From the NCBI GenBank assembly GCA_031275645.1, contig JAISOL010000070.1, forward strand, positions 33,165-97,164: a DNA stretch of 64,000 nucleotides. The letters are read 5' to 3'. The translations under genes and the position numbers were made by a program. Below the pieces are notes generated by a model. That model did not search any database. It was not told the origin of the DNA and saw only the letters and a program-made list of their open reading frames with translations. Source of the stretch: Deltaproteobacteria bacterium (lineage in GTDB: Bacteria; Desulfobacterota; Desulfovibrionia; Desulfovibrionales; Desulfovibrionaceae). Of this stretch, positions 22,909-32,845 are shown piece by piece (positions within the stretch are counted from its first letter, which is position 1; every line of letters begins with the position of its first letter).

Positions 22909-23643
22909 ATGTATCTTGAGCTGTGCGATTTACACGTAAAATATGGTAATGTTGAGGTTCTGCACGGCCTGAACCTGCGGGTGGAGGAGGGCGAGATTGT
23001 CGCCATTCTGGGAGCGAACGGCGCCGGCAAGACAACGACTCTCATGAGCATAAGCGGCCTGGTGCGCCCCAGTTCCGGCGGGATTCTTTTCAAGAACAAG
23101 CCTCTGCACGCCCTGCCCAGTCATAGAGTGGTGGATCTGGGCATTACCCAGGCCCCGGAAGGCCGCAGGGTTTTCGGAACTCTGACCGTGCTGGAAAACC
23201 TGCGCCTGGGCGCTTTTACCCTGAAAGACCGGCAGGTGGTCAAAAACAATCTGCGCTGGATTTTTGATCTTTTTCCGCGCCTGGAAGAACGCCGGTCGCA
23301 GCTTGCCGGCACTCTTTCAGGCGGAGAACAGCAGATGCTGGCCATAGGCCGCGCGCTCATGGCCAATCCGGAGGTTCTGCTTCTGGACGAGCCTTCCCTG
23401 GGGCTGGCTCCCATACTGGTGCGTTTTATTTTCGACACCATCCGGGCCATCAATAAATCCGGAGTCACCATAGTGCTGGTGGAGCAGAATGCCAGAGCCG
23501 CTCTCAAGCTGGCCCGGCGCGGCTATGTGCTGGAAGTGGGCATGGTGGCCATGGAGAACACCGCCGCCGCCCTGCTGGCGGATACAGCGGTACAGAACGC
23601 CTATCTGGGCGGCGCCGAGACGCGGCCGGCCGGCTTGTCCTGA
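22909..23643 (+). CDS. livF: Branched-chain amino acid ABC ATPase
   Basis: Walker A motif GANGAGKTT, signature LSGGEQQMLAIGRAL and Walker B LLLDEPSLGLAP. Confidence 0.9.
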   Translation: MYLELCDLHVKYGNVEVLHGLNLRVEEGEIVAILGANGAGKTTTLMSISGLVRPSSGGILFKNKPLHALPSHRVVDLGITQAPEGRRVFGTLTVLENLRLGAFTLKDRQVVKNNLRWIFDLFPRLEERRSQLAGTLSGGEQQMLAIGRALMANPEVLLLDEPSLGLAPILVRFIFDTIRAINKSGVTIVLVEQNARAALKLARRGYVLEVGMVAMENTAAALLADTAVQNAYLGGAETRPAGLS

Positions 23644-24461
23644 GGGAAGAAGCCCGGATTGGCGCAGGCTGTGCTTCCGGCGGCGGCTTTGGTGGTCAGC
23701 GGGCGGCGGACGTTTACCAGGAGCTGGTTGCCGGCCAGGGAGGGCGCCAGGTCTATACGGGCCAGGCTGAAGGCTCCCAGGGGCAGGGGAACGGAGATGA
23801 GATTGATTCTCCCCAGAAATTTATGCATGCGCCAGGTGCAGGCAGGTCCGAGCAGGTTGGCTCCCCAGCGTATTTTGCCGTCAAGTCCGGCCTCGCGCAG
23901 CCAGGAGTGCATCCGCAGGGGAGAGATGGTGCGTTTGAAGCCGGAGCAGCAGCTTTTCTCGGCTTGCGCGCCTTTGCGTACAGCCAGCAGGCGCCCCAGG
24001 GAATACCAGGACCAGGAGTTGGGAAAGGCCAGGAGCAGGCCCAGGGAGGCCAGACGGAGCATTTCCGCCAGCACGGCCTGCGGGCGTTCCGCAAATTCCA
24101 GCCCGTTCAGGCAGACCACATAGTCGAAACTTTTATCGTCAAACGGAAGATGTTCAGGGTGCCCGCCGGTGAAGTCCGCTGTATGCCGCAACCGGTCGCG
24201 AGCCTTTTCCAGAAGATAGGCGCTCCGCTCCTGGCCGGTGACGTCAAAGCCGGATTGCCAGAAAGCCTCCAGAAATTGCCCGGCCCCGCAATAAAGCTCC
24301 AGAAGCTTATGTCCGCGCCTGGGCCAGCCGGAAGTCATTTTGCGGACCATGGATTCCTGAGCCAGCAGGGCGAAGAGTCCCGCGGGACTGTTATACCAAT
24401 GGTCGTAACGTATGTCCTCGGGGAGGATTTTTTGGGCCGCCGAATCCTCAGGTTGCGACAT
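23601..24461 (-). CDS. Class I SAM-dependent methyltransferase
   Basis: SAM-binding motif LLELYCGAGQF and post-I acidic residue. The 3' end overlaps the convergent livF by 43 nt. Confidence 0.65.
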   Translation of the reverse strand: MSQPEDSAAQKILPEDIRYDHWYNSPAGLFALLAQESMVRKMTSGWPRRGHKLLELYCGAGQFLEAFWQSGFDVTGQERSAYLLEKARDRLRHTADFTGGHPEHLPFDDKSFDYVVCLNGLEFAERPQAVLAEMLRLASLGLLLAFPNSWSWYSLGRLLAVRKGAQAEKSCCSGFKRTISPLRMHSWLREAGLDGKIRWGANLLGPACTWRMHKFLGRINLISVPLPLGAFSLARIDLAPSLAGNQLLVNVRRPLTTKAAAGSTACANPGFFPQDKPAGRVSAPPR

Positions 24462-24491
24462 TTCGGGTCAATCCGCGGGGATATACCGGCA

Positions 24492-24531
24492 GGCCGTCAG
24501 GCCCAGGCGAAAATCACGCCGCCTGACGGCC
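24492..24531 (-). terminator. Hairpin downstream of the CBM48-like gene
   Basis: 11-bp stem ggccgtcaggc / gcctgacggcc with an 18-nt loop. No T-run. Confidence 0.3.
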
Positions 24532-24537
24532 GCCGGC

Positions 24538-24846
24538 TCAAACCCACAGCACGCAGTTGTCCGCGCCTGAAAAAGCGCAAGGTTCATAGGCTTCGGCCTC
24601 GGGGTCGTTGAACCAGACTCCTTCCGAGGAAAGATAGCGGAACTTGAACTTCTCTCCGTTGGGGAGTTCCAGTTCCACGGAAAGAGAGCCGTCTTTTTTC
24701 TTCTTCATGGGCAGGGAGGTTTCGCTCCAGTTATTGAAGTCCCCCACAAGGTAAACGGTGTCATACCCGTTGGCGTACTCCGGTTCAAGGGTAAAACGTA
24801 CTTTACTGGTGGCGCGGGATTTAATGATTTTTTTCGTGTACGGCAT
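24538..24846 (-). CDS. Small stand-alone carbohydrate-binding (CBM48 / isoamylase N-terminal early-set) domain protein
   Basis: 102 aa. VYLVGDFNNWSE...MKKKKDG...FKFRY...WFNDPEA follows the pattern of glycogen-binding CBM48 domains. Confidence 0.6.
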   Translation of the reverse strand: MPYTKKIIKSRATSKVRFTLEPEYANGYDTVYLVGDFNNWSETSLPMKKKKDGSLSVELELPNGEKFKFRYLSSEGVWFNDPEAEAYEPCAFSGADNCVLWV

Positions 24847-24968
24847 AGAGTGACTCCTGTTTATTATGCACTACATTATACAAAAAAAAACCATTTGTGA
24901 ATGTTTTTGGATAAAAAAGAAGAGCGCCGTCAGGGATATGCCTGCGGAGCCGCGGCGCGGCGTAATAA

Positions 24969-25373
24969 TCAGGCGGCGCCCAGAAGGCGCAGGCTTTCCC
25001 GCAGAGCGGCCTGCATTTCGTTTTCCAGCATGTTGTCCAGGCCGCACAACCTGCAGGCCAGGGGAAGAATCCTGTCCGAGGGCAAGGTGAGGCTCTGCCG
25101 CCCGTTATCGACATGGCAGATCTGATCTTCCAGAGTCAGCACATAGATCCGGCGTTCTTTTTCTTCACCGCTTCCGGAGACTATCTGGTACACCACCTTG
25201 CGCTCTTCCGTATAAAACAGGCGCAGACGCGAGATTTCCCCGCTGCTTCTGTCAACATCGGAAAAATCCGCGAACAGACGCCCCTTGAAGTTAAAATTGC
25301 CGTCGCCATAACCCGGAAGACTGAAATCTTCCCATTCGCTCGCGCCGTCCATAAGCATACACGCTCCAAACAT
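24969..25373 (-). CDS. Hypothetical protein, second gene of a two-gene HTH module
   Basis: 134 aa acidic ORF starting 3 nt after the HTH gene stop. No family recognised. The start could be one of several internal Met codons. Confidence 0.45.
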   Translation of the reverse strand: MFGACMLMDGASEWEDFSLPGYGDGNFNFKGRLFADFSDVDRSSGEISRLRLFYTEERKVVYQIVSGSGEEKERRIYVLTLEDQICHVDNGRQSLTLPSDRILPLACRLCGLDNMLENEMQAALRESLRLLGAA

Positions 25374-25376
25374 GAT

Positions 25377-25676
25377 TTAAGTAAGAGGCAGATTCAACTG
25401 TCGCGGGCCTTCGGCTTCGGGCTTTGACGGGCCGATTTTTTTCTTTTCAGACCGGTCGGGCGTCTGAACAGCGCCGTCCGCTTCCTCATCCTTGTCAAAC
25501 AATTCTCCGCCGCCCGCGTCTCTCCAGAATTTCTGGATTTCCACCCGCGAGATGCGGTAACTGCGCCCAATCCTGGCCGCGGGCAGGCGGCCCTCAAGAA
25601 TTGCCTTGCGCAGGGTTTCCGTGTGGCAACGCAATAAAGCAGCCGCTTCAGCCAGGATAAACGTATTCTTTTGCAT
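25377..25676 (-). CDS. Excisionase-family (MerR-superfamily) helix-turn-helix DNA-binding protein
   Basis: ILAEAAALLRCHTETLRKAILEGRLPAARIGRSYRISRVEIQKFW matches the HTH_17/excisionase pattern. The tail is charged and disordered. Confidence 0.7.
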   Translation of the reverse strand: MQKNTFILAEAAALLRCHTETLRKAILEGRLPAARIGRSYRISRVEIQKFWRDAGGGELFDKDEEADGAVQTPDRSEKKKIGPSKPEAEGPRQLNLPLT

Positions 25677-25892
25677 TATTGTCCGCGATTAGTCTGAAAT
25701 TACCTGTAAAATGTATTTATGTCAACTTCAATTCATTTTCGACCTGTTCCGTGCCGAGGGCAGAGCCAGACAGCTTTCCGGATTCAGTCCCGGAGCGGGC
25801 GCGCTATTGCTTCAATTCAGGTTTGCGTATAGGGTGGGAAAAGGTATGATAAAATCGGGTGATAGCTGTCAACACCGGGTAAAGCGGGAAAA

Positions 25893-28865
25893 ATGAAAAA
25901 AATCCTGAAACAGATATTTTTGGGATCGTATTTCCGGCTGATCGTTTTTTGTGTGGGCTTGGCCGCTTTACCTCTGTTGCTTGCCCTGGCTGCCAATGCG
26001 TTTTCCGTTTACAGGCAGGAAAGGGATTCTCTGCTGGCCGCGGCGGAGGAATTAAGCTTCACGATCGCCTTGCGGCAGGAGAGCCTAGAAAGCAGCGTGC
26101 GGACTATGCTGAGGGGGCTTGCCGCCTCCAAGCCGCTGCTGGAGGGTGATTACGCGGCCGCCCCCCTTCTTTTTCAGCGTGCGCTGGCCGCGCAGAATAA
26201 CGGCGCCGCTTTCGCGGCCCATCCCGGGCGGAGCGGCGGCGAGGCTGCCCGCGGGTACTGGTTTGTGGACAATCTGGCCCTCTATTCCGCCACGGGTAAG
26301 AGCCTGGTTCACGCCGGGCCTCTCCTTGATCCCGGGCTTTCTCTGGAGCAGAGGGCCGGCAGGATTTCCTCGCGCGCCATTATCAGCGACGAGATGCTTA
26401 TTATAGGCGGCGGAGCGGGAGATTTGCTTTTTATTCTGCCCTTGCGCAACGAGGTGGGCGGAGTGGAGCATTTTCTGGCGGCCTCGGTCAGCCTGAAAAG
26501 CTATCTGGCTTTAATCCGGGAAGCCTCCTCTTCTTTTCCGTTTGGAGTGCTTCTCTTCAGCCGGGAAGAACACTGGCAGTTGTCGGAGGAGGAGCCGCGT
26601 CTGTCCCGCCGCGTTTTTCCCCTGGAGCAGGATCTGTTGGAGCGGGTTCCCAGAAAGGGCAACGGGGCGCTGCTTTTGGAGGACAGGCAGGGCGGGAGTT
26701 TTTTTGTTGTTTTCGTAAATCAGGAGAACAGGGCCTTCAGCCTTCCCTACCTGAGCGTGGTTCTGATTTCGGATTATGCCGCCGCCTTTGCCGAAGCGGA
26801 GGAATTTTTCCGGAGCGGCCTGCTGCTTCTGGGCCTGGCTTTTGCCGCCGCCTTCCTTGTTCTGCTTCTGGCCTGCCTGCGGTTTTTCAGGCGGCCCGTG
26901 CGCAAGCTGCTGCATATTTCCGGCTGCCTGGGAGAGGGGCATTTTGAATCCGGAAACGAGTTTTCCTCCGTGGGCGGGGCTTTCACCGATTATGCCCTGG
27001 CTTTGCGCGATATGGCCGAATCCCTGAAAAAACGCGAGGAGGATTTGCAAAGAGCCAAACAGAGCGCGGAGGAGGCCAGCCGCGCAAAAAGCGAATTTCT
27101 GGCCAATATGAGCCATGAGATCCGCACGCCCATGAACGCCATTATGGGCATGACCTACCTGGCCCTGAAAGGCAATCTCACCCCGAGGCAGACGGCATAT
27201 ATAAAAAAAATGCAGGCCACCGGGCAGAATCTCCTGCATATTATCGACGACATCCTGGATTTTTCCAAAATGGAAGCTGGCAAAATGAGCATGGAAAAAT
27301 CCGCTTTTGCCGTGCGGGATGTCTTCAGTTCCATTTCCTCCCGCTACCGGCGGCGCATGGAAGAAAATAAAATCAAGCTGATTATTGATGTTTCGCCGGA
27401 AGTTCCCCTGACCCTCACGGGTGATTCCCTGCGTCTGGAGCAAGCGGTAAGCCAGCTGGCGGATAACGCCATGCGCCACACCCGGGACGGCGTGGTGCGC
27501 GTTTCATGCGGCCTGGTGGGGATAGCCCGCAACGATTGCGCCCTGCGCATTGTCGTGGCTGATACCGGCGAGGGCATGCGCCCTGAATTTCTGCACCAGC
27601 TCAATCAGGCGCTGGCCGAGGATGAACAGACGCTGTCCGCCTGGAATATGCAGAATCAGGACAGGGGGCTGGGTTTGCCCATAGCCAGAAGGATTTTTGC
27701 CATGATGAACGGCGAGATACAAGTCAACAGCGAACTCGGGCGCGGCACTATTTTAACCTGTACCGCCCATTTCGGCTATTACGAGTCGGAGCAGGGCCAG
27801 CGGAACAGCGTCCTGGCCGATAAACACGTTCTGCTGGTTGATCCGGACATGGCGGCCCGGAATCTGCATACCGGCCTTCTGCGCAGTTTTTCCGTGCAGG
27901 TGCGCGGCTTTGACCAGATCCAGGATGCTCTGGGGGAACTCACGGCAGCGGACGCGCACGGCGCCGGATACGATTTTTTTATTTTGGACTGGCGCAATGC
28001 GGATCAGGAATTGCGCGAGATAATCCGGCATATGCGCGCGGATCTGCACCTTGCGAAAGTGCCGAAAATTATAGTGACTTCCGCTTTCGGCCGGGATGAA
28101 ATCCGCTGTCTGGCCGAAGAGGCGGGAGTGGACGCTTTTTTGCACAAGCCTCTCCACGGTTCGATTCTGCTGGACGCTCTCATGGATCTGGGGGGAGAGG
28201 TTCCGGCGGCGGCAGCCAGGGGGGAGGGAATGCCGGACGCGGCCGGGTTCGCGGGGCTGCGCGTACTCCTGACGGAGGACAACAAGGTCAACCGGCAGAT
28301 GGCCCGCACGCTTATGGAAGAAGCCGGGATAACGGTCAGCACCGCTTTCAACGGCAGCGAAGCCTTGCGCGCCATCGACGAACACCGGGGATACAGGGCT
28401 TTCGACATTATTCTGATGGATTTGCGCATGCCGGATATGGACGGTTTTGAGGCCACCTGGCGAATCCGTAAAGACACGCACCTCAAGGCGGAATACACTC
28501 CGGTGATTGCCATGACCGCGCATCGCGACACCGACGAGGTGGAGTCCTGCCGTCAGGCCGGCATGGACGATCATATTCCCAAGCCCATAGAAGTTAAAGT
28601 TTTTTTCGGAACCTTGCGGCGCTGGCTTCCTTTGGTCAGGACGGATTCGGCTCCAGCGGAAAAGTATCTGCGTCAGCTTGAGTACATGCTGGAAAATGAC
28701 GTCCTGGAGGCCGCGACCTCTTTCGGCGAGTGGCGCAACCGCCTGCGCCCCTGCCTGGGAGACGGGCGCACGGAAAAGCTGCAGCGTATGCTGGATGGAG
28801 AAAAATGGAGCGAAGCCCTGAGGTTCGTGGCCTACTTGCTGGAAAAACTCAATTCCGGTTATTGA
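25893..28865 (+). CDS. Hybrid sensor histidine kinase: 2 TM + sensor, HisKA, HATPase, REC, REC
   Basis: H-box [17 protein letters not shown]-box DTGEGM...GLGLPIARR, and two receiver domains (FILDWRN and [14 protein letters not shown]). Confidence 0.9.
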   Translation: MKKILKQIFLGSYFRLIVFCVGLAALPLLLALAANAFSVYRQERDSLLAAAEELSFTIALRQESLESSVRTMLRGLAASKPLLEGDYAAAPLLFQRALAAQNNGAAFAAHPGRSGGEAARGYWFVDNLALYSATGKSLVHAGPLLDPGLSLEQRAGRISSRAIISDEMLIIGGGAGDLLFILPLRNEVGGVEHFLAASVSLKSYLALIREASSSFPFGVLLFSREEHWQLSEEEPRLSRRVFPLEQDLLERVPRKGNGALLLEDRQGGSFFVVFVNQENRAFSLPYLSVVLISDYAAAFAEAEEFFRSGLLLLGLAFAAAFLVLLLACLRFFRRPVRKLLHISGCLGEGHFESGNEFSSVGGAFTDYALALRDMAESLKKREEDLQRAKQSAEEASRAKSEFLANMSHEIRTPMNAIMGMTYLALKGNLTPRQTAYIKKMQATGQNLLHIIDDILDFSKMEAGKMSMEKSAFAVRDVFSSISSRYRRRMEENKIKLIIDVSPEVPLTLTGDSLRLEQAVSQLADNAMRHTRDGVVRVSCGLVGIARNDCALRIVVADTGEGMRPEFLHQLNQALAEDEQTLSAWNMQNQDRGLGLPIARRIFAMMNGEIQVNSELGRGTILTCTAHFGYYESEQGQRNSVLADKHVLLVDPDMAARNLHTGLLRSFSVQVRGFDQIQDALGELTAADAHGAGYDFFILDWRNADQELREIIRHMRADLHLAKVPKIIVTSAFGRDEIRCLAEEAGVDAFLHKPLHGSILLDALMDLGGEVPAAAARGEGMPDAAGFAGLRVLLTEDNKVNRQMARTLMEEAGITVSTAFNGSEALRAIDEHRGYRAFDIILMDLRMPDMDGFEATWRIRKDTHLKAEYTPVIAMTAHRDTDEVESCRQAGMDDHIPKPIEVKVFFGTLRRWLPLVRTDSAPAEKYLRQLEYMLENDVLEAATSFGEWRNRLRPCLGDGRTEKLQRMLDGEKWSEALRFVAYLLEKLNSGY

Positions 28866-28866
28866 T

Positions 28867-31800
28867 ATGTTTCAGATAAAGTCAATCCTCGCGGTCATTT
28901 ATTTTATCCTGGCTCTGTCTCTGGCTCCGGCGGCCGCTCTGCTGGGCCTTTCCATTATGGATTCCAGGGAGAGGCTTCTGTCCGGGATGGAAAAAAATCT
29001 CGCCCGCCACATTGACCAGCTGGCCTTGCGCCAGGAAGCCGTCCTGCAAAATATACGCGCTTTCACCGCAAGCCTGCGGGCCGTATCCGGGGCCGGGGAG
29101 GCGGACAGAGCCTTTTTCGGCGCAATCTTCGCGGGCCTGTTTCCGGAAAACGGGATTTATGACAATGCTTTTATCAGCAACGCCGAGGGCACTGTCTTTG
29201 CCTCCGCCAGAAACTTCAGACCCGGCGTAAACATCGGCGCCAGCGGCATCTTCAAAGCGGCCGGAACTTCCCGCGCTTTCTCCTGGGCCGGCCTGGGCGT
29301 GGATCCTTTTACCGGCAGCATGGTCCTGCCTCTGGCTGAACCGATTCTGGACGAGGAAGGGCGGATGCTGGCCCTGATAGTCGTCTCCGTCAAAAAATTC
29401 TTTTTAAGCCACCTGATCCGCGGGATGCCCCTGCTTCCGGGAGCGACTCTGACCGCGCTGGACGAAAACGGAGCCGTGGTGGACATGTATCCGCCGGTGG
29501 AACTGGATGATCCCGAGGATTGGTCTGCCTTGCGCCTGGTCATACAGGAGCAGTGGGAGAAGATCGGCGCGGCGGAGGCAGAGCAGGGCTTTCTTGACAG
29601 CCTGGATATGGAGGGGGAGACGGTTCTGGGCGTGTACAGGCGCGTCGCCATTCCCGGACGGGAGAGCCCCTTTCTTACCCTGTTTCTGGATCTGCCGGCC
29701 TCCATGTTCCAGTACGAGGCCAATCATCTGCTCATGCGCGGTCTGCTCCTGGCGCTGCTCTCCATGTTCACGGCTTTGGCCGAGATCTGGCTCCTGGGGC
29801 GTCTGGGCTTTCTCCGGCCGGTGAATACCCTGATGCTGATGGTCAGGAGACTTTCGGCGGGCAGACCCTGGCACCGCGCGGCGAGCGGACTGACCGGAGA
29901 TTTTATGCTTCTGCTCTCTTCCGTTGATTCAATGGCCGCTTCTCTGGAAAAACGCAGCCAGGATCTCATCGCGGCGCGGCACGAAGCCTTTGCCGCCAAC
30001 CGGATTAAAAACGAATTTCTCGCCAATATGAGCCACGGCGTCCGTGGCCCCATGAATGCCATCATCAGTATGGCCTATCTCATTTTAAAAATGGATCTCG
30101 GCCCGAAGGAAAAGGCCTACCTTGAGAAAATATACGGCGCGGCCAATTCTCTTTTGGGAATCATAAACGACATTCTGGATTTTTCCAGAATGGAATCGGG
30201 GCAGTTCAACCTGGAAAAGGTTCCCTTTTTCATTAACGAGGTGCTGGAAAATACCGTCGGCCTGCTACGGGCCAAGGTCGGGGAAAAAAACGTCCGGCTT
30301 ACTTTCAGCGTCTCGCCGGAAGTGCCGGCGGTCATGCTTGGAGATCCCCTGCGTCTGGGGCAGGTGCTTGTAAAGCTGATTGACAACGCCATCAAGTTCA
30401 CCGAGGAAGGCGACATCCAGGTAACTTGTTCCCTCCTGGGAAAAGATCGGGATAAGGCCTTGCTTTCGCTACAGGTCAGAGACACCGGCATAGGCATGAA
30501 TTCTGAACAGTTGGGACGGCTCTTTCAGCCCTTCACGCAGGCGGACGGCTCGGCCACACGCAAGTTCGGCGGAACCGGCCTGGGGTTGATTATCTGTAAG
30601 CGCCTGGTGGAGTTTATGGACGGGAGCATAAATCTGAGCAGTTCCCCCGGCAGAGGAACCACGGCGGAAGCCAGAGTGAGCTTGGGTGTGCCCTCGGATG
30701 ACGATCTGGAAATAAAGCGCCTGTCCATCAGATTTATCGGCCTTCCGGTGCTGCTGATCGACGAGGGGCGGGAGGCCGGGCAAATTCTGGAAGCCCAGTT
30801 GCGGGCTTTGGGCCTTTTGACGGATTGCGCGCGGACGCCGCGGGAGGGTTTTGATCTGCTTGTCCGGCGCGACCGTATTTCACCCTACCGGCTGGTGTTT
30901 GTGGATATCAACATGCTCGGCCTTGACGGTCTGGAGCTTACGCGGCATATTTTGCGGGAACTCGATCTTGAGCATGAACCGCCGGTGATGCTCACCTCCA
31001 GCTCCTCCTTCAGCCGCGAACTGGAAAAAAAGTGCAAAGATGCCGGGGCTGTGGCTTTGGTGCGTAAACCTCTTGCCAAAGATCGCCTGGCGGAGGTTCT
31101 GACCGAATTTTTCCAGGAGCGGCCTGAACCTGAATTTCGCCCGGAGCGGGCGTCCGCGGGCGGGGCGGATGCCCGCTATGCTTCAAAAGGGAAAGTCGAG
31201 GCGGAAGGTGAAGAGAGCGGGAATATGGATAAATCCGATATAGGGGATAAAGCTATGCCAGTACAGATTCCATCCGGCGCTCAGGCGGATCTTCCCCCCC
31301 TGCCGGGCCTGAACCCGGAGGCCTTGAAACGGCTGGGCAATAACCGTAAAATTTACCGCAAGCTCCTGGTGCAGTTTGTGGAATTTTATCGCGACATCGC
31401 TTCTGTATACCGAAAAGCGGTGGAAGCGGAAAATCTTGAGGAAGCCACCCGCATCGCCCATACCTTGAAGGGGCTGGCCGGTTCCATCGGCGCGGAGGAA
31501 TTGTTTGAGGCGGCCAGACGCCTGGAAATGGCGCACAAGGAGAGCGGGCTGCCGCAGCCAGCTCTGGCCGGAGACTGTTTCGGCAGGCTCGCGCAGGTGC
31601 AGGACATGTTGAGCCTGGCTCTGGGGCTGGAGCGGGAAGAGGCCGCTTTGCCTCCTTCATCCGCCGCCTCTTCTCCGGCTTCGGAAGAAGAAAAAGCCGG
31701 GGCGCGTCTGGCTCTGGACAAGCTGGTGGCTTATCTGCAGGATGACGACGGCGAGGCCGCGGCCTTTTTTGAGGAAAAGCGCGCTCTTCTGGCCCTGCTT

Positions 31801-31896
31801 TTTGATGAGGCCGTTCTGGACAGATTGCAGAGCAGTCTTGCGCATTTTGAATTTGAGGAAGCTTTGGAGATTTTGGGTAAAACTCATAAATCATAG
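28867..31896 (+). CDS. Hybrid sensor histidine kinase: TM + sensor, HAMP, HisKA with atypical H-box, HATPase, REC, Hpt
   Basis: H-box FLANMSHGVRGPMNAI, DTGIGM...GTGLGLIICKR, receiver LVFVDINMLGLDG, and the C-terminal Hpt motif AHTLKGLAGSIGA. It starts 1 nt after the stop of the upstream kinase. Confidence 0.9.
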   Translation: MFQIKSILAVIYFILALSLAPAAALLGLSIMDSRERLLSGMEKNLARHIDQLALRQEAVLQNIRAFTASLRAVSGAGEADRAFFGAIFAGLFPENGIYDNAFISNAEGTVFASARNFRPGVNIGASGIFKAAGTSRAFSWAGLGVDPFTGSMVLPLAEPILDEEGRMLALIVVSVKKFFLSHLIRGMPLLPGATLTALDENGAVVDMYPPVELDDPEDWSALRLVIQEQWEKIGAAEAEQGFLDSLDMEGETVLGVYRRVAIPGRESPFLTLFLDLPASMFQYEANHLLMRGLLLALLSMFTALAEIWLLGRLGFLRPVNTLMLMVRRLSAGRPWHRAASGLTGDFMLLLSSVDSMAASLEKRSQDLIAARHEAFAANRIKNEFLANMSHGVRGPMNAIISMAYLILKMDLGPKEKAYLEKIYGAANSLLGIINDILDFSRMESGQFNLEKVPFFINEVLENTVGLLRAKVGEKNVRLTFSVSPEVPAVMLGDPLRLGQVLVKLIDNAIKFTEEGDIQVTCSLLGKDRDKALLSLQVRDTGIGMNSEQLGRLFQPFTQADGSATRKFGGTGLGLIICKRLVEFMDGSINLSSSPGRGTTAEARVSLGVPSDDDLEIKRLSIRFIGLPVLLIDEGREAGQILEAQLRALGLLTDCARTPREGFDLLVRRDRISPYRLVFVDINMLGLDGLELTRHILRELDLEHEPPVMLTSSSSFSRELEKKCKDAGAVALVRKPLAKDRLAEVLTEFFQERPEPEFRPERASAGGADARYASKGKVEAEGEESGNMDKSDIGDKAMPVQIPSGAQADLPPLPGLNPEALKRLGNNRKIYRKLLVQFVEFYRDIASVYRKAVEAENLEEATRIAHTLKGLAGSIGAEELFEAARRLEMAHKESGLPQPALAGDCFGRLAQVQDMLSLALGLEREEAALPPSSAASSPASEEEKAGARLALDKLVAYLQDDDGEAAAFFEEKRALLALLFDEAVLDRLQSSLAHFEFEEALEILGKTHKS

Positions 31897-31911
31897 CAGC
31901 CCGGAGCCCGG

Positions 31912-32778
31912 ATGCTTACCCGTCAGGAATGCTTTAAAATTTTACGTCTGGAAAACTCCGCCGGCCCGAATGCCATAAAGCAGTCGTATCGCAAGCTCGC
32001 TTTTGCCCTGCACCCGGATCTTAATCCTGATCTGCCGGAAGCTCCCAAAAAATTTCAGCAGCTTAACGAGGCCTATGTCCTGCTTATGCAGGAATACGCG
32101 CACACTTCCTATGGCGCCAGGTCGGGCCGCGCCGAAGCCTCCGCCGGCTCTCCGCCGCCGCCCCGCCCGGAGGATGGGGCGGCGGCCGCGGGCGGCGCCG
32201 CCGCGGCCTCCCGGGCCTATCGTAAAGCCGGGCGCGATTTCTCAGCCCGGGAAAGCTCCGCGGGAGCGGATCGCTCCGTTTCTTACGGCAGCCGCAGCTT
32301 GCGCCGGGAAGATCTCTTGCGGGAGCTTTTGACGGATCCTTTTGCCCGGCGGGTCTTTGACGACATTTACAGCCAGTTGGGCCGCAATGGAGGAAAGGCA
32401 GCCAGCCCGGCGCCGCGTCCTCACCCGCCCAGGAAATCCCGTAAGCTTGAAGTGAAGCCCGCCGCTTCTCCCTTGCTTATCCAGGCTTGCGGCAAGGCAA
32501 TCAGCCTGCTTGCGGGTGTAAAGGGCTGGTTGCGCCGGAAGATCGACGATGAGCAGGTGGTTTTTTTGCCAGCCGAGGCTCTGTTCCCCGGCATGCGGGT
32601 GCGCTTGCAGATAAGGCACGGTTTTTCCGAGAGGAGCCGTACCGTGGAGTTCAGTCTGCCTCCGGAGTTCAGGCCGGGCCTGCCCATACGCCTTAAAGGT
32701 CTGGGTATGAAGCTGGGCAGTCTCAGGGGAGATTTATACCTGCGCGTTTTTGAGCAGGAAGAGGAAGAAGGGGTGTAA
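31912..32778 (+). CDS. J-domain protein (DnaJ/CbpA-like, no zinc finger)
   Basis: J domain with YRKLAFALHPDLNP (HPD motif), an Ala/Gly/Pro/Arg-rich linker, and a C-terminal GDLYLRV DnaJ-C-like segment. Confidence 0.8.
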   Translation: MLTRQECFKILRLENSAGPNAIKQSYRKLAFALHPDLNPDLPEAPKKFQQLNEAYVLLMQEYAHTSYGARSGRAEASAGSPPPPRPEDGAAAAGGAAAASRAYRKAGRDFSARESSAGADRSVSYGSRSLRREDLLRELLTDPFARRVFDDIYSQLGRNGGKAASPAPRPHPPRKSRKLEVKPAASPLLIQACGKAISLLAGVKGWLRRKIDDEQVVFLPAEALFPGMRVRLQIRHGFSERSRTVEFSLPPEFRPGLPIRLKGLGMKLGSLRGDLYLRVFEQEEEEGV

Positions 32779-32845
32779 TTTTGATTTCAGGGCGAAATCA
32801 CACTTTTGCCGCGCGACAGCCGTCGCGCTCGCGGAGCGGGCCTTA

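Noticed and set aside
25377-25676. Excisionase-like gene as a marker of a prophage or integrative element
   Set aside because: There is no integrase, recombinase, phage structural gene, tRNA target or flanking direct repeat in the neighbourhood. The HTH type is also common in ordinary regulators.
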